From Planctomycetota bacterium (GTDB lineage Bacteria > Planctomycetota > GCA-002687715 > CAIWVZ01): a stretch of DNA of 64,000 bases. Below are positions 1-9,754 of this stretch, piece by piece. A model generated the notes under the pieces. It searched no databases and was not told where the DNA came from. It was given only the letters and a program-made list of their open reading frames with translations. The DNA lies in the NCBI GenBank assembly GCA_044222185.1, contig JBGANV010000001.1, positions 1,696,001 through 1,760,000 on the forward strand, given 5' to 3'. Made by a program: the position numbers and the translations under genes. Each line of letters starts with the position of its first letter. Within the stretch, counting starts at the first letter, position 1.

Positions 1-1
1 C

Positions 2-517
2 GTCCAGCAACTGGCACGGGAGCAGCGCGACCTCGCGGCGGAGAAGCTGCGTCAGAAATACGCTCCGAAGGTGGCGGGCCTGCAGGATCGCATCCGTCGC
101 GCCGAGCAGGCCGTCGAGGTCCAGGAGTCGCAGGCCCGGACGTCGAAGTGGAGCACGGCGCTGTCATTCGGAACGGCGGTGCTCGGCTCCTTTCTCGGCC
201 GCAAGTCGTTCGGTGCTGGCGCCGTCAGCAAGGCCGCGACGGCGTTCCGCGGCGTCGGGCGGAGCATGAAGGAGTCGGGTGACGTCGCGCGGGCGACCGA
301 GAACGTCGAAGCCCTGAAGCAACAGCTCGACCAGCTCAACGCCGATTTCACGGCCGAGGTCGACGCCCTCGCAGGCGGGGCCTCGCAGAACGCCGACGCC
401 GTCGAGAGCTTCACGCTGCGTCCGAAGAAGGCTGGGATCGTCGTGCGCGCCGTCGTGCTCGCATGGCTGCCCCACTGGCAGACGAACGGCGGTTCGCCCA
501 CGCCCGCATGGAATTGA
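2..517 (+). CDS. 5'-truncated CDS; C-terminal coiled-coil region resembling the tails of HerA/DUF87-type ATP-binding proteins
   Basis: Frame is open from nt 2 to TGA at 517 with host-like codon usage. Amphipathic helices (LQDRIRRAEQ, VEALKQQLDQL) and a GTAVLGSFLGRK segment. The ATPase part is outside the window, so the product call is recall only. Confidence 0.6.
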   Translation, partial: VQQLAREQRDLAAEKLRQKYAPKVAGLQDRIRRAEQAVEVQESQARTSKWSTALSFGTAVLGSFLGRKSFGAGAVSKAATAFRGVGRSMKESGDVARATENVEALKQQLDQLNADFTAEVDALAGGASQNADAVESFTLRPKKAGIVVRAVVLAWLPHWQTNGGSPTPAWN

Positions 518-551
518 AGTTTCCCCGTTCGTTCGAATCCGGAGAGTGATC

Positions 552-962
552 ATGAACGAGTTCATCACGATCGCGGCCCAGCAACTGGGTCTGTCCGAAG
601 CCGTGTCGACGCAAGCCGCAGGTGGGCTGATCAAGAACATCCAGCAGCACGTGCCCGCGGCGGATTTCACGCAACTCGCAGCCAAGGTCCCCGGCCTCAC
701 CGACCTCGTGGCGAAGTCGGCGACGGCAACGGGAGGAGGCGGCGGCCTGGGCGGGATGCTCGGAAGTGCTGGGTCGCTCCTCGGCGGGAAACTGGGATCA
801 CTTGCCGGGTTGGCCGGAACGCTCCAGAGCACGGGTCTTGGCGTCGACAAGATCGGCCCGTTCGCCGGCATGCTGGTCAACTACCTCAAGGGAAAGGCCG
901 GCGGCGACCTCGTGTCCAAGATCCTCGCCCACGTTCCCGATCTGAAGAAACTCGTCGGTTGA
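552..962 (+). CDS. DUF2780-like Gly/Ala/Leu-rich small protein
   Basis: GGAGAG RBS at 541-546 before ATG 552. Pattern QLGLS..QAAGGL...F..LA.KVPG...GSLAGL...G......F...L.NYL. Confidence 0.7.
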   Translation: MNEFITIAAQQLGLSEAVSTQAAGGLIKNIQQHVPAADFTQLAAKVPGLTDLVAKSATATGGGGGLGGMLGSAGSLLGGKLGSLAGLAGTLQSTGLGVDKIGPFAGMLVNYLKGKAGGDLVSKILAHVPDLKKLVG

Positions 963-998
963 GCACGCCTGCACTGGGAAACACCACGGAGGCCGACC

Positions 999-1880
999 AT
1001 GCGCTGGGAAGGTGAACGTCAGAGCGACAACGTCGAAGATCTACGCGGCTCGCCCGCCATGGGCCGAGGCCCGGGGGGCATCCGAGTCGCGGGCATGGGA
1101 GGCCTGGGCGCGATCGTCATCGCCGTGATCGCGATGTTGATGGGCGTCGACCCGTCGAAGCTGCTCTCTGGTGGTGATCCGGGCGGGCCGTCGTCGATCA
1201 CGGATCCGCCGTCGCGAACGTCGAGTGCGGATCAGGATCCACGGGCGACGGCGTTCGTGCGGACCGTCCTCGCATCGACGGAGGACACCTGGACCATGCT
1301 CTTCAGGAACATGGGTGCCCGGTATCAACTCCCCAAGCTGGTGCTGTTCTCCAATGCGGTCGACTCGGCATGCGGGAACGCGAGCGCATCCATGGGTCCC
1401 TTCTATTGTCCCGCGGACCGAAAGGTCTACCTGGATCTCACCTTCTTCGAGGAGTTGAGCCGGAAGTATCAGGCGCCTGGTGATTTCGCCCAGGCGTACG
1501 TCATCGGTCACGAAGTCGGCCACCACGTTCAGAACCTGATGGGGACGTCCGACAAGGTTCACGCGCAGCGGCGGTCACTCTCGGAGGCGCAGTACAACCA
1601 GCTCTCCGTGCGCCTGGAGCTGCAGGCGGACTTCTACGCGGGGGTCTGGGCTCACCACGCGAACAAGACGCGGCAGATCCTGGAGGCGGGAGACGTCGAG
1701 GAAGCGATGACGGCCGCGACGGCGATCGGCGACGACCGTCTTCAGAAGCAGGCGCGCGGTTACGTCGTCCCGGACTCCTTCACGCACGGGACATCCGCCC
1801 AGCGCGTGAGATGGTTCAAGAAGGGGCTGCTCACGGGCGACGTCGCGCAGGGCGACACGTTCTCCGCACGCGACCTCTGA
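999..1880 (+). CDS. ypfJ: YpfJ-family neutral zinc metallopeptidase
   Basis: MRWEGERQSDNVED start, one TM helix, GPFYCPAD, HEVGHH zinc motif, ELQADFYAG, DSFTHGTSAQR. GGAGG RBS. Confidence 0.92.
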   Translation: MRWEGERQSDNVEDLRGSPAMGRGPGGIRVAGMGGLGAIVIAVIAMLMGVDPSKLLSGGDPGGPSSITDPPSRTSSADQDPRATAFVRTVLASTEDTWTMLFRNMGARYQLPKLVLFSNAVDSACGNASASMGPFYCPADRKVYLDLTFFEELSRKYQAPGDFAQAYVIGHEVGHHVQNLMGTSDKVHAQRRSLSEAQYNQLSVRLELQADFYAGVWAHHANKTRQILEAGDVEEAMTAATAIGDDRLQKQARGYVVPDSFTHGTSAQRVRWFKKGLLTGDVAQGDTFSARDL

Positions 1881-1885
1881 GCGAT

Positions 1886-3181
1886 TCAGGTCGAGCGCTG
1901 CGCGCGCTCAGCCAGATGTCCGAGCGCGAGTTCGAGGTGGCGCACGCGGCGGAGCAGCGTCGGCTCCAGCGACACGACGCGGCGTTCGGCCCGCAGCGCG
2001 GCTTCGTAGTTCGCCAGGTTTGCGGCGCAGTGGTCATCCCAACTGGTGAGGTCGGGGCCGCGTCCCTGCGCCAGGCTCGCGAGCCGACCGCGATCGCAGG
2101 CGAGAAGCCGCAGGGCCGCGCTCCATGCACCCAGGTCCCCGGCCGGCAGGACCCACCCGCGTTCGCCGAGGCGCTCGGGCATCGCGCCGCGGTCGGACAC
2201 GAGCACCGGCAGACCCGCCCGCAGCGCCTCGTCGACCACGAGCGAATACGACTCGGCCGCCAGGCTCGGGAACACGGCCAGGTCGCACTCGGCGGCGATC
2301 GCCTGCAGCCGCGTGGCGTCGTACGGCCCGTATTGCCACACATCACCGAGGTCGAGCCCGGCATCCACCAGCCCACCAGCCAGCCGGAGCTCGATGAGAT
2401 CAGACCCGGGGTCCGCCAGGCGAGCGGCGTCCATCAGGAAGGCGACTCCCTTCAGCCGGCAGAGGTTGCCGAAGTGCAGCACGCGGAGTCGCCCCTCGCG
2501 CGGAGTTCGCGGCCGCGGCCCAACGGCATCCGACCCAAGCGGGACGACCGTGATTTCCGGGCATCCTGGCATCAGCGACGTCAGCGCACGCGCGTGTGAA
2601 CGGCTCGGCGCCATGACGACGGACGCCGCCTCCAGCTCCGCGCAGAATGATCGCAACCGCGTACCGACCCGGAACGCGACCTCCGCCCCGTCGGTTCCGA
2701 AGCGCGTGCCGATGCATGGAGTGCAGTTCGCCTCCGACTGGCCGCGGCGGCACGGCGCCGACTCGGCGTCGACTCGAAAGCAGAGCGCGCAGGTCGTGTA
2801 GAAGTCGTAGAGCGTGACGATCCCACGCGCGCCGAGACGGACGGCCCGCCGGACGAGGTCGTCGCCCAGGTTCAGCCAGTGGTGGACGTGAACGACGTGG
2901 GGCGCGAACGACGCGATCGCGCTTTCGTAGAGCGGAACCAGGTCTGCACGAAACGGATCGACGTGGTCGCGCAATCCCGGCCCGCGGAGGAGTCGGATGA
3001 CGCGGATGCCTTCGTGCTCGGTGTACTCGGAATGCGCCTCGGTCGCAGTCCGCTCGGTGCCACAGAGGACGAGGACATCGTGGCCCGCGCGGCGCTGCCC
3101 CGCAGCACTCCGGCTCACCGTGAGCTCGATCCCCCCTCGAAACTCGGGGAGATAGTTGTGGACGACGTGAGCAATCCTCAT
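1886..3181 (-). CDS. Glycosyltransferase family 4 (GT-B) with Cys-rich insert
   Basis: MRIAHVVHNYLPEFRGGIE, VHVHHW, KGV, PSLAAESYSLVVDEA..AG.PVLVSDRGAMPE. Insert CALC...C...CTPC. Confidence 0.9.
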   Translation of the reverse strand: MRIAHVVHNYLPEFRGGIELTVSRSAAGQRRAGHDVLVLCGTERTATEAHSEYTEHEGIRVIRLLRGPGLRDHVDPFRADLVPLYESAIASFAPHVVHVHHWLNLGDDLVRRAVRLGARGIVTLYDFYTTCALCFRVDAESAPCRRGQSEANCTPCIGTRFGTDGAEVAFRVGTRLRSFCAELEAASVVMAPSRSHARALTSLMPGCPEITVVPLGSDAVGPRPRTPREGRLRVLHFGNLCRLKGVAFLMDAARLADPGSDLIELRLAGGLVDAGLDLGDVWQYGPYDATRLQAIAAECDLAVFPSLAAESYSLVVDEALRAGLPVLVSDRGAMPERLGERGWVLPAGDLGAWSAALRLLACDRGRLASLAQGRGPDLTSWDDHCAANLANYEAALRAERRVVSLEPTLLRRVRHLELALGHLAERAQRST

Positions 3182-3323
3182 GGGCGGTCGCTGACACTAC
3201 GGAACACGCCCGGTGGCGGCTCCGCTGGCGGCGTAACGGATTCGTGGCGGGCCGACACGCGGATGAGCCCGGCCTCCCCGTCGCACGAACGATTCGCGGG
3301 ACTATGATAGTCGCCACCACGTC

Positions 3324-5684
3324 ATGCGCGCCACGCTGGTCTTCCCACCCTCGCTGTGCCTGCCCAATACGCTCTACTTCGCGCTTCCCGTGCTCGCCGG
3401 TGCGCTGAAAAGAGCCGGTCATCAGGCGCGACTGCTCGACCTCAACCTCGTCGCCGCCGACAGATTCCTCACTCCGGAACGCACGGAGTCGTTGATCTCG
3501 CGCGCCCGACGGTACGGGGCGTCGCTCTCGACGAGCGTCGGCCCTTTCGCTGCGCGGACGTTCGCCCGATCCCTGGCGGCCGCCGAAAAAACACTGGTGG
3601 CGGCCCCCACGTCCAAGGCGAATCTGCGCGACACCGCGACCTTCTTCGATGCCGCTGGATTCCACCGCGACTTTTGGACGATCGTCGACGCGCTCGGGTT
3701 CGTCTACCAGCTCGATCCGGTGCTGTCGCCGCACCGACCGGACTTTCTTTCCACACTGCTGAAAAACCAGCACGACGACCCGTGGACCCCGCTGACCGAG
3801 CTTCATGAAGAACTGGTCGACGACGTGATCCGGGGAGATCCTGGGCTCATCGGCATCTGCATCGCCTTCCCGGAACAGTCGGCCGAGGCGATCCGGCTCG
3901 CTCGACACGTCCGCCGACTCCGACCGGACGTGCACATCTGCGTCGGGGGTCCCTTGGTCTCGACGTACGCGAACGCGTGGCTCGGGTCGGGCGAGCTCTT
4001 CCGGTGGGTCGATTCGTTCTGCATGGGCGATGGTGAGGCGTGCATCGTCGAGCTGTGTGACGCCCTCGAAGGTCGCCGCCCGATGGAATCCGTCACGAAC
4101 CTCGTGCGCGCAAACCGCGACGGCGGCGTCGTCATGCCGAGGAACGGCCGCGTCGTCACCCCCATGTCCGAGGTGCCGCTGCCGGACTTCGATTCGTTCG
4201 ACTGGTCCCTGGAGTTCCTGCCCAAACCACTCTGGCCGCTGATGCTGGCGCGAGGCTGCTACTGGGGCCGTTGCACGTTCTGCTCCATCGGATGGCGAGA
4301 GAATTTCCAGAAGGCGCCGAACGACAACGTTCGCCGCGACGTCGTCGACCTGGTCCGCCGGCTGGGCGCTCGCTGGATCCAGGTTCAGGACTCGAGCATG
4401 CCGCCCGCAGCGGCCCTCTCGCTCGCGCGCATCATGAAGCAGGAGCGACTCGAAGCCTATTGGGTCGGAGGCATGAAACCGGACGTGTGCTTCCTGGACG
4501 AGTCCTATTGCCACGAGCTTGCGGCCGGAGGGTGTCGGTCACTGCTCATGGGGATCGAGTCGGTCAATCAGCGCGTGCTCGACCGGATGGACAAGGGTTA
4601 CCGGGTCGCCGACCTCCCCAGAATGCTCACGAACCTCCGGACGGCTGGGATCTCGGTCGAGCCGCTGTGGTTCGTCGGTTTCCCGGGCGAGACGCGCACC
4701 GAGGCCCTGACCACCGTGCGCTGGCTCTACGAGAATCGCTCCCGCTATGGCCTCACGGCGTTCGTCGGCGAATACCTCCTGCACCCCGACACCGCCGTCT
4801 ACGAAGACCCGAAGCGATTCGGACTGGAATTGCACGGCACGCACAACGACACGGTTCACTACACGGCTCGCGAAGGAATGCAGCCCGAGGAACTGCACCG
4901 TCTCGAAGTGATGCTGTCCGGGATGAACAACCGGACCCTGACGTGCAGCGGCTCGCACATGCCCCATCTCGCGGAGCGCGGTCTCGAGGTGCGAGGGATC
5001 GGTCGACCCGCGTCGCTGCCGGAGCCTGCCGTCGCGTTCTGCACCGAGCTCATGCCAGAGAGCGGCGCGCCGCCGGAGTGTTTCACACGCGCTGGCCGCC
5101 AGGCCCTCTTCGTTTCCGACTTCGGCTTCCGTCAGCGACTGGAAGCAGCGTTCCCGGCGATCCGCGACGAATGGGCGGCCGTGCCTCCCGCGCAGCGCGG
5201 CATCTGGACCGAAGAAGGCGCCGCGGACGGCTACTGGGGAACGATCCCCTTGTTCGCGGCTGGACATCGCGTCGCCGCCACCTGCGACCTCGCCCCGACG
5301 ACGGCGGCGATCCTCGCGACGGTGCCTGAGCTCTACACGGCGGGATTCTCGGTCGTGGGTGCGCGCAGTCGGCTCCCGCGGCACTGTGGCGAAGACCGGA
5401 CGCTCCTGCGCTGCCATCTCGCGATCAAGATCCCCGAAGGCTCGCGCTTCGACGTCGACGGCCTGGACGTCCGATGGGTCGAAGGCAAGACGGTGGTCTT
5501 CGACGACACTCTCCCCCACTGGGTGCGCAACGACTCCGATGAAGAGAAAGTCATCCTCCTCGTCGATTTCCGCACGCCGCCCGCCATCGCAGGCGACCGG
5601 ACGCCGTCGCCCGAACAGGTGGCGCGAGATCGCCAGTACTACTCGCGCCTCTTCCCCGAGTGGAACGCCCAGGCGGCCCAGTGA
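3324..5684 (+). CDS. B12-binding radical SAM enzyme fused to a C-terminal aspartyl/asparaginyl beta-hydroxylase (LpxO/AspH-like) domain
   Basis: RGCYWGRCTFC (CxxxCxxC), N-terminal B12-like domain (LAGALKRAGH, VGGP, GDGE), GIES, VGFPGET. C-terminus LPRHCG..LRCHLA..W.EGK.VVFDDTLPHWVRN..ILLVDF. Confidence 0.88.
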   Translation: MRATLVFPPSLCLPNTLYFALPVLAGALKRAGHQARLLDLNLVAADRFLTPERTESLISRARRYGASLSTSVGPFAARTFARSLAAAEKTLVAAPTSKANLRDTATFFDAAGFHRDFWTIVDALGFVYQLDPVLSPHRPDFLSTLLKNQHDDPWTPLTELHEELVDDVIRGDPGLIGICIAFPEQSAEAIRLARHVRRLRPDVHICVGGPLVSTYANAWLGSGELFRWVDSFCMGDGEACIVELCDALEGRRPMESVTNLVRANRDGGVVMPRNGRVVTPMSEVPLPDFDSFDWSLEFLPKPLWPLMLARGCYWGRCTFCSIGWRENFQKAPNDNVRRDVVDLVRRLGARWIQVQDSSMPPAAALSLARIMKQERLEAYWVGGMKPDVCFLDESYCHELAAGGCRSLLMGIESVNQRVLDRMDKGYRVADLPRMLTNLRTAGISVEPLWFVGFPGETRTEALTTVRWLYENRSRYGLTAFVGEYLLHPDTAVYEDPKRFGLELHGTHNDTVHYTAREGMQPEELHRLEVMLSGMNNRTLTCSGSHMPHLAERGLEVRGIGRPASLPEPAVAFCTELMPESGAPPECFTRAGRQALFVSDFGFRQRLEAAFPAIRDEWAAVPPAQRGIWTEEGAADGYWGTIPLFAAGHRVAATCDLAPTTAAILATVPELYTAGFSVVGARSRLPRHCGEDRTLLRCHLAIKIPEGSRFDVDGLDVRWVEGKTVVFDDTLPHWVRNDSDEEKVILLVDFRTPPAIAGDRTPSPEQVARDRQYYSRLFPEWNAQAAQ

Positions 5685-5708
5685 CGCGGCCGACCGGGCG
5701 CAGTCAGC

Positions 5709-6755
5709 TCACTGGAAGTCGATCATCAGCGTGAACTGTTCGGAGACGGACACCGTGTTCTGCTGCGGATTCGACAGCGCGATCAACCCGTAGAACGTCT
5801 GGACCGCCAGCTCGGGGAGGTTCAGCGGGATCGTGATCGTCGTACTGAGGATTCCGTTCGCGGGCACGACACCCGATTGGAGCACCACGTACGGGAGTCC
5901 GATCGGGTAGGAAACGCCGTCGATGATCGTCGGGCCGGGATTGAGCGAGGTGATGAAGCACCCGGACCACCCTGGAAGACCAGCCTGAACGACGGTGATC
6001 GTGCCGCCCGGCACCGGGTTGCCGACGACCCAGCCTGCGGGCGATCCACCGGCCGCGTTGCCGATGTAGCCGCCGGTGAGCTCGGCGCCGCCGCCCTGGA
6101 ACCGGAAGGCCGCGTTCACGTACTGCGCGCCGGTCGGGTTGACGGACAAGGAGTGGGAGAACGCCTGGGCCCCGAGGTTCGTCGACGTCGTGACGACTGC
6201 GAAGGTGAAGGTCACGGGCCCGATCACCGCTGCCGCGGGATTCCCGGGGAATACGTTGGCGTTGGCGTTGGCGATGCCTCCTCCCAATCCGTTCGGCGTG
6301 CGGATGCGGAAGCCGAATGCACCGAAGCACGGTGTCGTGATCGGATTCGGCGGCGTCGTCAGCGACGTGTCGTGCTCGAAGATGAAGTTCGGATTGGCCC
6401 CACCCGAGCCCGTCTGCGTGAGGAGCGCCATCTCATTGATCGCGAGCTGCGGCATGTTGCCGACGATCGTCGTGATCAGCGGATTCGGCACTCCCGGCGT
6501 CACCGGCGACGTGTTGGTCACGGTGAGCGTGAGCACGCTCGTCGAATGGTCATAGGCGAAATCGAGCGTGCCCGTCGCGGGCACGCCGCCGGGCAACGTC
6601 GGCGGGTTGCCGCCTTGGCATCCCGGAGCACCTGGACCACCGATCTGCAACGACGCCGTCGTTTGTGCGTTGATCGACGTGGCGAGGAGCACGGCGAAAC
6701 CGAGAGCAACGATGGACCCAGAAAACCGCTTCGTGAACTTCAAGCGTGGAAACAC
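5709..6755 (-). CDS. Secreted beta-rich protein with divergent C-terminal sorting-like module
   Basis: Signal peptide ending SINA-Q. Tail GVVPANGILSTTITIP.NLPEL..QTFYGL...SVSEQFTLMIDFQ. Confidence 0.8.
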   Translation of the reverse strand: MFPRLKFTKRFSGSIVALGFAVLLATSINAQTTASLQIGGPGAPGCQGGNPPTLPGGVPATGTLDFAYDHSTSVLTLTVTNTSPVTPGVPNPLITTIVGNMPQLAINEMALLTQTGSGGANPNFIFEHDTSLTTPPNPITTPCFGAFGFRIRTPNGLGGGIANANANVFPGNPAAAVIGPVTFTFAVVTTSTNLGAQAFSHSLSVNPTGAQYVNAAFRFQGGGAELTGGYIGNAAGGSPAGWVVGNPVPGGTITVVQAGLPGWSGCFITSLNPGPTIIDGVSYPIGLPYVVLQSGVVPANGILSTTITIPLNLPELAVQTFYGLIALSNPQQNTVSVSEQFTLMIDFQ

Positions 6756-6866
6756 CGAGGTGACTCCGTACGTGGGGGCGCGGACGCAAGCGAGGCGGTC
6801 CGCTCGACTCGGGCCGCTGCCGCAAAGGACGCCATCATAGGCGGCCTTCGGCGAGACGGCACGAAA

Positions 6867-9527
6867 TCACTGGTCGGATGCTTCGAGAAGTCGGACCGGA
6901 CGGCAACCCACGTTTCCTGTCCGGGTGCCGGCGGCATTGTTGCTCCTGAACGAGCACCGAGCGTTGACCGCGCGAAAACTGAAACTTCCGCCTCGAATGA
7001 CGTAGCCCTTCGACGACGCTTCATTGCGCAGACCGTCGCCCGCGCGCGGCTCCGCGTCGTAACCGCCCCACGCATCGCGGCACCACTCCCAAACGTTTCC
7101 GTGGACGTCGTGAAGGCCGAACGGGTTTGCGGAAAAGGAACCAACGGGCGCGTGTACGGTGTAGCCGTCGTCCCAGGCCTCGTAGGTCCAGTTCGGCAGT
7201 CCGCCGTGGTTCTTGCAGTAGTCGTCGGCCAGATTGGCAACCTGTTCGAGCTCGTCGGGCGAGTTGCCGCACCACCAACGCGTCGACGTCCCGCCGCGCG
7301 CGGCGTATTCCCACTGAGCCTCCGTCGGCAGGACGCCGCCGATTCGGGCGAGGGTCGCCATGCACTCATCCCAGCCGACCTGCTCGACAGGGTGCGCGAG
7401 GTCATGCTCCAGGTCGCCGATCTTCGAGCCCGGCCCGTACTGGCTCGGGCTCGCGCCGGTCAGCCGACCCCACTGGCCCTGAGTCATCTCCCACTTCGAG
7501 ATCAGGAACGGAGACACCGTCACTGCGTGAACAGGTCCCTCGTCAGCGCGCGCATCGCCGTCGAAGTTCGGCTTCTCGTCGTCGGTCGACTGAGCGCCCA
7601 TGTTGAACGTCCCGCCCGGAACGAGGACGAAAACCACGCCCGTCTCCTCGCCGCAACGTACGGATTCTCCGGCCTTGCGCTCAGGCGCGTCACCCGATTG
7701 GATGTCGACGAACTCCTGGAAGCCCGACTTCGGGTCCTTTCCGATCGGAACGAGCCCCATGAGCGGCGTCAACGCGAATCCCTTGAAGCGCGGGTCCGCC
7801 GCGACCGCGGCTATCGCCTCGGTCCATTTGGCGGCCGGGTCGGTGATGGATCGTTTCTCGATCGTGCGCGCTTCGTCGAGCCGCATCTCGACGTCGTGCA
7901 TGGTGACGACGCCCGGCTTCGGTTCGCCCTGGAATACGGAGAGCTTGCCGACGAGGTCGGCGAGTTTGTCCAGCTTGAGGCGATCCTCCGCGTCGTCCGC
8001 TGCGACGTTCGCGTGCGCGCGCAGGGCTTCGAGCGCCCGCTTGTGGTCAGGGAGGCGACCGCGGAGGTCGCGTGCCCGCGCCATCCACGTCTCGATCGCG
8101 CGCGTGCGATCGGGCCAGGCGGGCCACAACGTCGTGTCGGCCTCCTTGATGAGGTCCTCGAGGCGCCTCCCGTCGGCGAGGCGCGTCCAGTCGAGCAGGC
8201 TGGCCTCCGCACGGGCCGCATTTTCGTCAGCGCGCGCCTTCTGCTGCAACGTCGTCACGAGGCCGATCGTGAGCGAGAGGAACACGGCGCAAAGCGCCGC
8301 TGCGATGGCCGGATTGCGACGGCCCCAACGGACCAGCCGACCGAACGCCGACACGGGTCTGGCGAGGATCGGTTCGTGCAGGCGCACGCGCCGGAGCTCG
8401 TCGGCGAAGGCCTCGCAGGTCTGGTATCGGCGGTCAGGGTCCTTGTCGAGCGCGGTGAGGATCACGACGGACAGATCGGGCGGAATCGCCGGGTTCAACG
8501 TCCGCGGGTCCGGCGGATCCTTCTCCATGATCGCGTTGTAGAGGCGTTCTCGGGTCGGAGCATCGAACGGTCGTTCGAGCGTCGCCGCTTCGAAGAGCGA
8601 GATCCCGAGCGACCAGATGTCGGTGCGTCGGTCCAGTCGTTCCCGCCCGGCGGCCACCTGCTCGGGTGACATGTACGCCGGCGTGCCGAAGAGGTCCCCC
8701 GTCATCGTGAGGTTGGCAGACACGTCCTCGTCGTCGCGTGCGAGGCCAAAGTCGAAGACGACAGGCTGACCGTCTCGCGTGATCATGATGTTGCCGGGTT
8801 TGATGTCGCGATGGACGACGCCGGCTTCGTGCGCGACGTGGAGGGCACGCGCGCATTGCTCGAAGGCAACCAGCATGTCGGCGAGCTGGCGGTTGTCCAT
8901 CTGCGTCGCCGACCGCAGCTGGCCCTGCTTCCTCTCCTGCGCAGTCTTTGGCGCCGCGCTGCTCGTCGGCGAGCCTGCGACCTCCGCCGAAAGGCTCAGG
9001 TCGATGAACGTGACCGATGTGTCGTTCACCATCGCACCCCGAGTCTTGGCGATCCGCGCGGCGAGCGTCTCGCCCTCGACGAATCGCATGGCAATGAACG
9101 GCCGGGTTCCCTCGGTGCCGACGTCGAGCACGGCACAGATTCCCGGATGGTCCAGGCGCGATGTCACGGCCGCTTCGCGGCGGAATCGCTGAAGGTGCAT
9201 CTCGGAGGCCTGGGACGACAGCACCTTCAGCGCGACCTTGCGCTTCAGCCGCTCGTCCTCAGCCAGGTACACGACGCCCTGCCCGCCCTGGCCCAGTTCT
9301 CGGATGACGCGGTAGTGCCCGATGTATGACCCGGCAGTACCCGAGCTCGGCGTGCCACCACGACCGTTGCGCGCGGCGACGAAGTGGCGCGCGACGAATT
9401 CCTCCTCCTTCGGAAACAGATCCAGATACTCGCGGAGCGTGCGCGCGCGGCCGGAGTCCCGGTCCCGCTGGAACATCTCGAGGAAATTCCCCTCCTGTTC
9501 GTGAATGGTGGCGTCGTCGTGGGTCAT
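6867..9527 (-). CDS. Membrane Ser/Thr protein kinase with C-terminal FGE-sulfatase (SUMF1-like) domain
   Basis: LGQGGQGVVY, VALK, HRDIKPGNI, DFGLAR, GTPAYMSPEQ. TM after RRNP. LPTEAQWEYAARGG, NPFGLHDVHGNVWEWC, RGGSF. Start 9527 or 9554. Confidence 0.93.
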   Translation of the reverse strand: MTHDDATIHEQEGNFLEMFQRDRDSGRARTLREYLDLFPKEEEFVARHFVAARNGRGGTPSSGTAGSYIGHYRVIRELGQGGQGVVYLAEDERLKRKVALKVLSSQASEMHLQRFRREAAVTSRLDHPGICAVLDVGTEGTRPFIAMRFVEGETLAARIAKTRGAMVNDTSVTFIDLSLSAEVAGSPTSSAAPKTAQERKQGQLRSATQMDNRQLADMLVAFEQCARALHVAHEAGVVHRDIKPGNIMITRDGQPVVFDFGLARDDEDVSANLTMTGDLFGTPAYMSPEQVAAGRERLDRRTDIWSLGISLFEAATLERPFDAPTRERLYNAIMEKDPPDPRTLNPAIPPDLSVVILTALDKDPDRRYQTCEAFADELRRVRLHEPILARPVSAFGRLVRWGRRNPAIAAALCAVFLSLTIGLVTTLQQKARADENAARAEASLLDWTRLADGRRLEDLIKEADTTLWPAWPDRTRAIETWMARARDLRGRLPDHKRALEALRAHANVAADDAEDRLKLDKLADLVGKLSVFQGEPKPGVVTMHDVEMRLDEARTIEKRSITDPAAKWTEAIAAVAADPRFKGFALTPLMGLVPIGKDPKSGFQEFVDIQSGDAPERKAGESVRCGEETGVVFVLVPGGTFNMGAQSTDDEKPNFDGDARADEGPVHAVTVSPFLISKWEMTQGQWGRLTGASPSQYGPGSKIGDLEHDLAHPVEQVGWDECMATLARIGGVLPTEAQWEYAARGGTSTRWWCGNSPDELEQVANLADDYCKNHGGLPNWTYEAWDDGYTVHAPVGSFSANPFGLHDVHGNVWEWCRDAWGGYDAEPRAGDGLRNEASSKGYVIRGGSFSFRAVNARCSFRSNNAAGTRTGNVGCRPVRLLEASDQ

Positions 9528-9754
9528 GCGGTGCGCGGTCCGCCCGCGTCCCATGGCGATGGGGGCGCGGAGAGGCGGCGCATTGTATGCGTTTCTGCGG
9601 ATTCGACCTGTCGGAGGCGTGAGTGCTCAACCATCCGCGGATCTGCAGGTTTTACCGAGGCTCTCGGACGCGGCGTCGTGCGGTTGCCACCGATCGCGCC
9701 CCCGAATACTCTCCACCTTTCACGCCGCCTGCCGCGGCGAACCGAGGTCCATCC

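Noticed and set aside
6867-7010. FGE/C-type-lectin C-termini of the kinases as diversity-generating retroelement targets
   Set aside because: No reverse transcriptase and no template repeat differing at adenines seen in the window. A remote DGR cannot be excluded.
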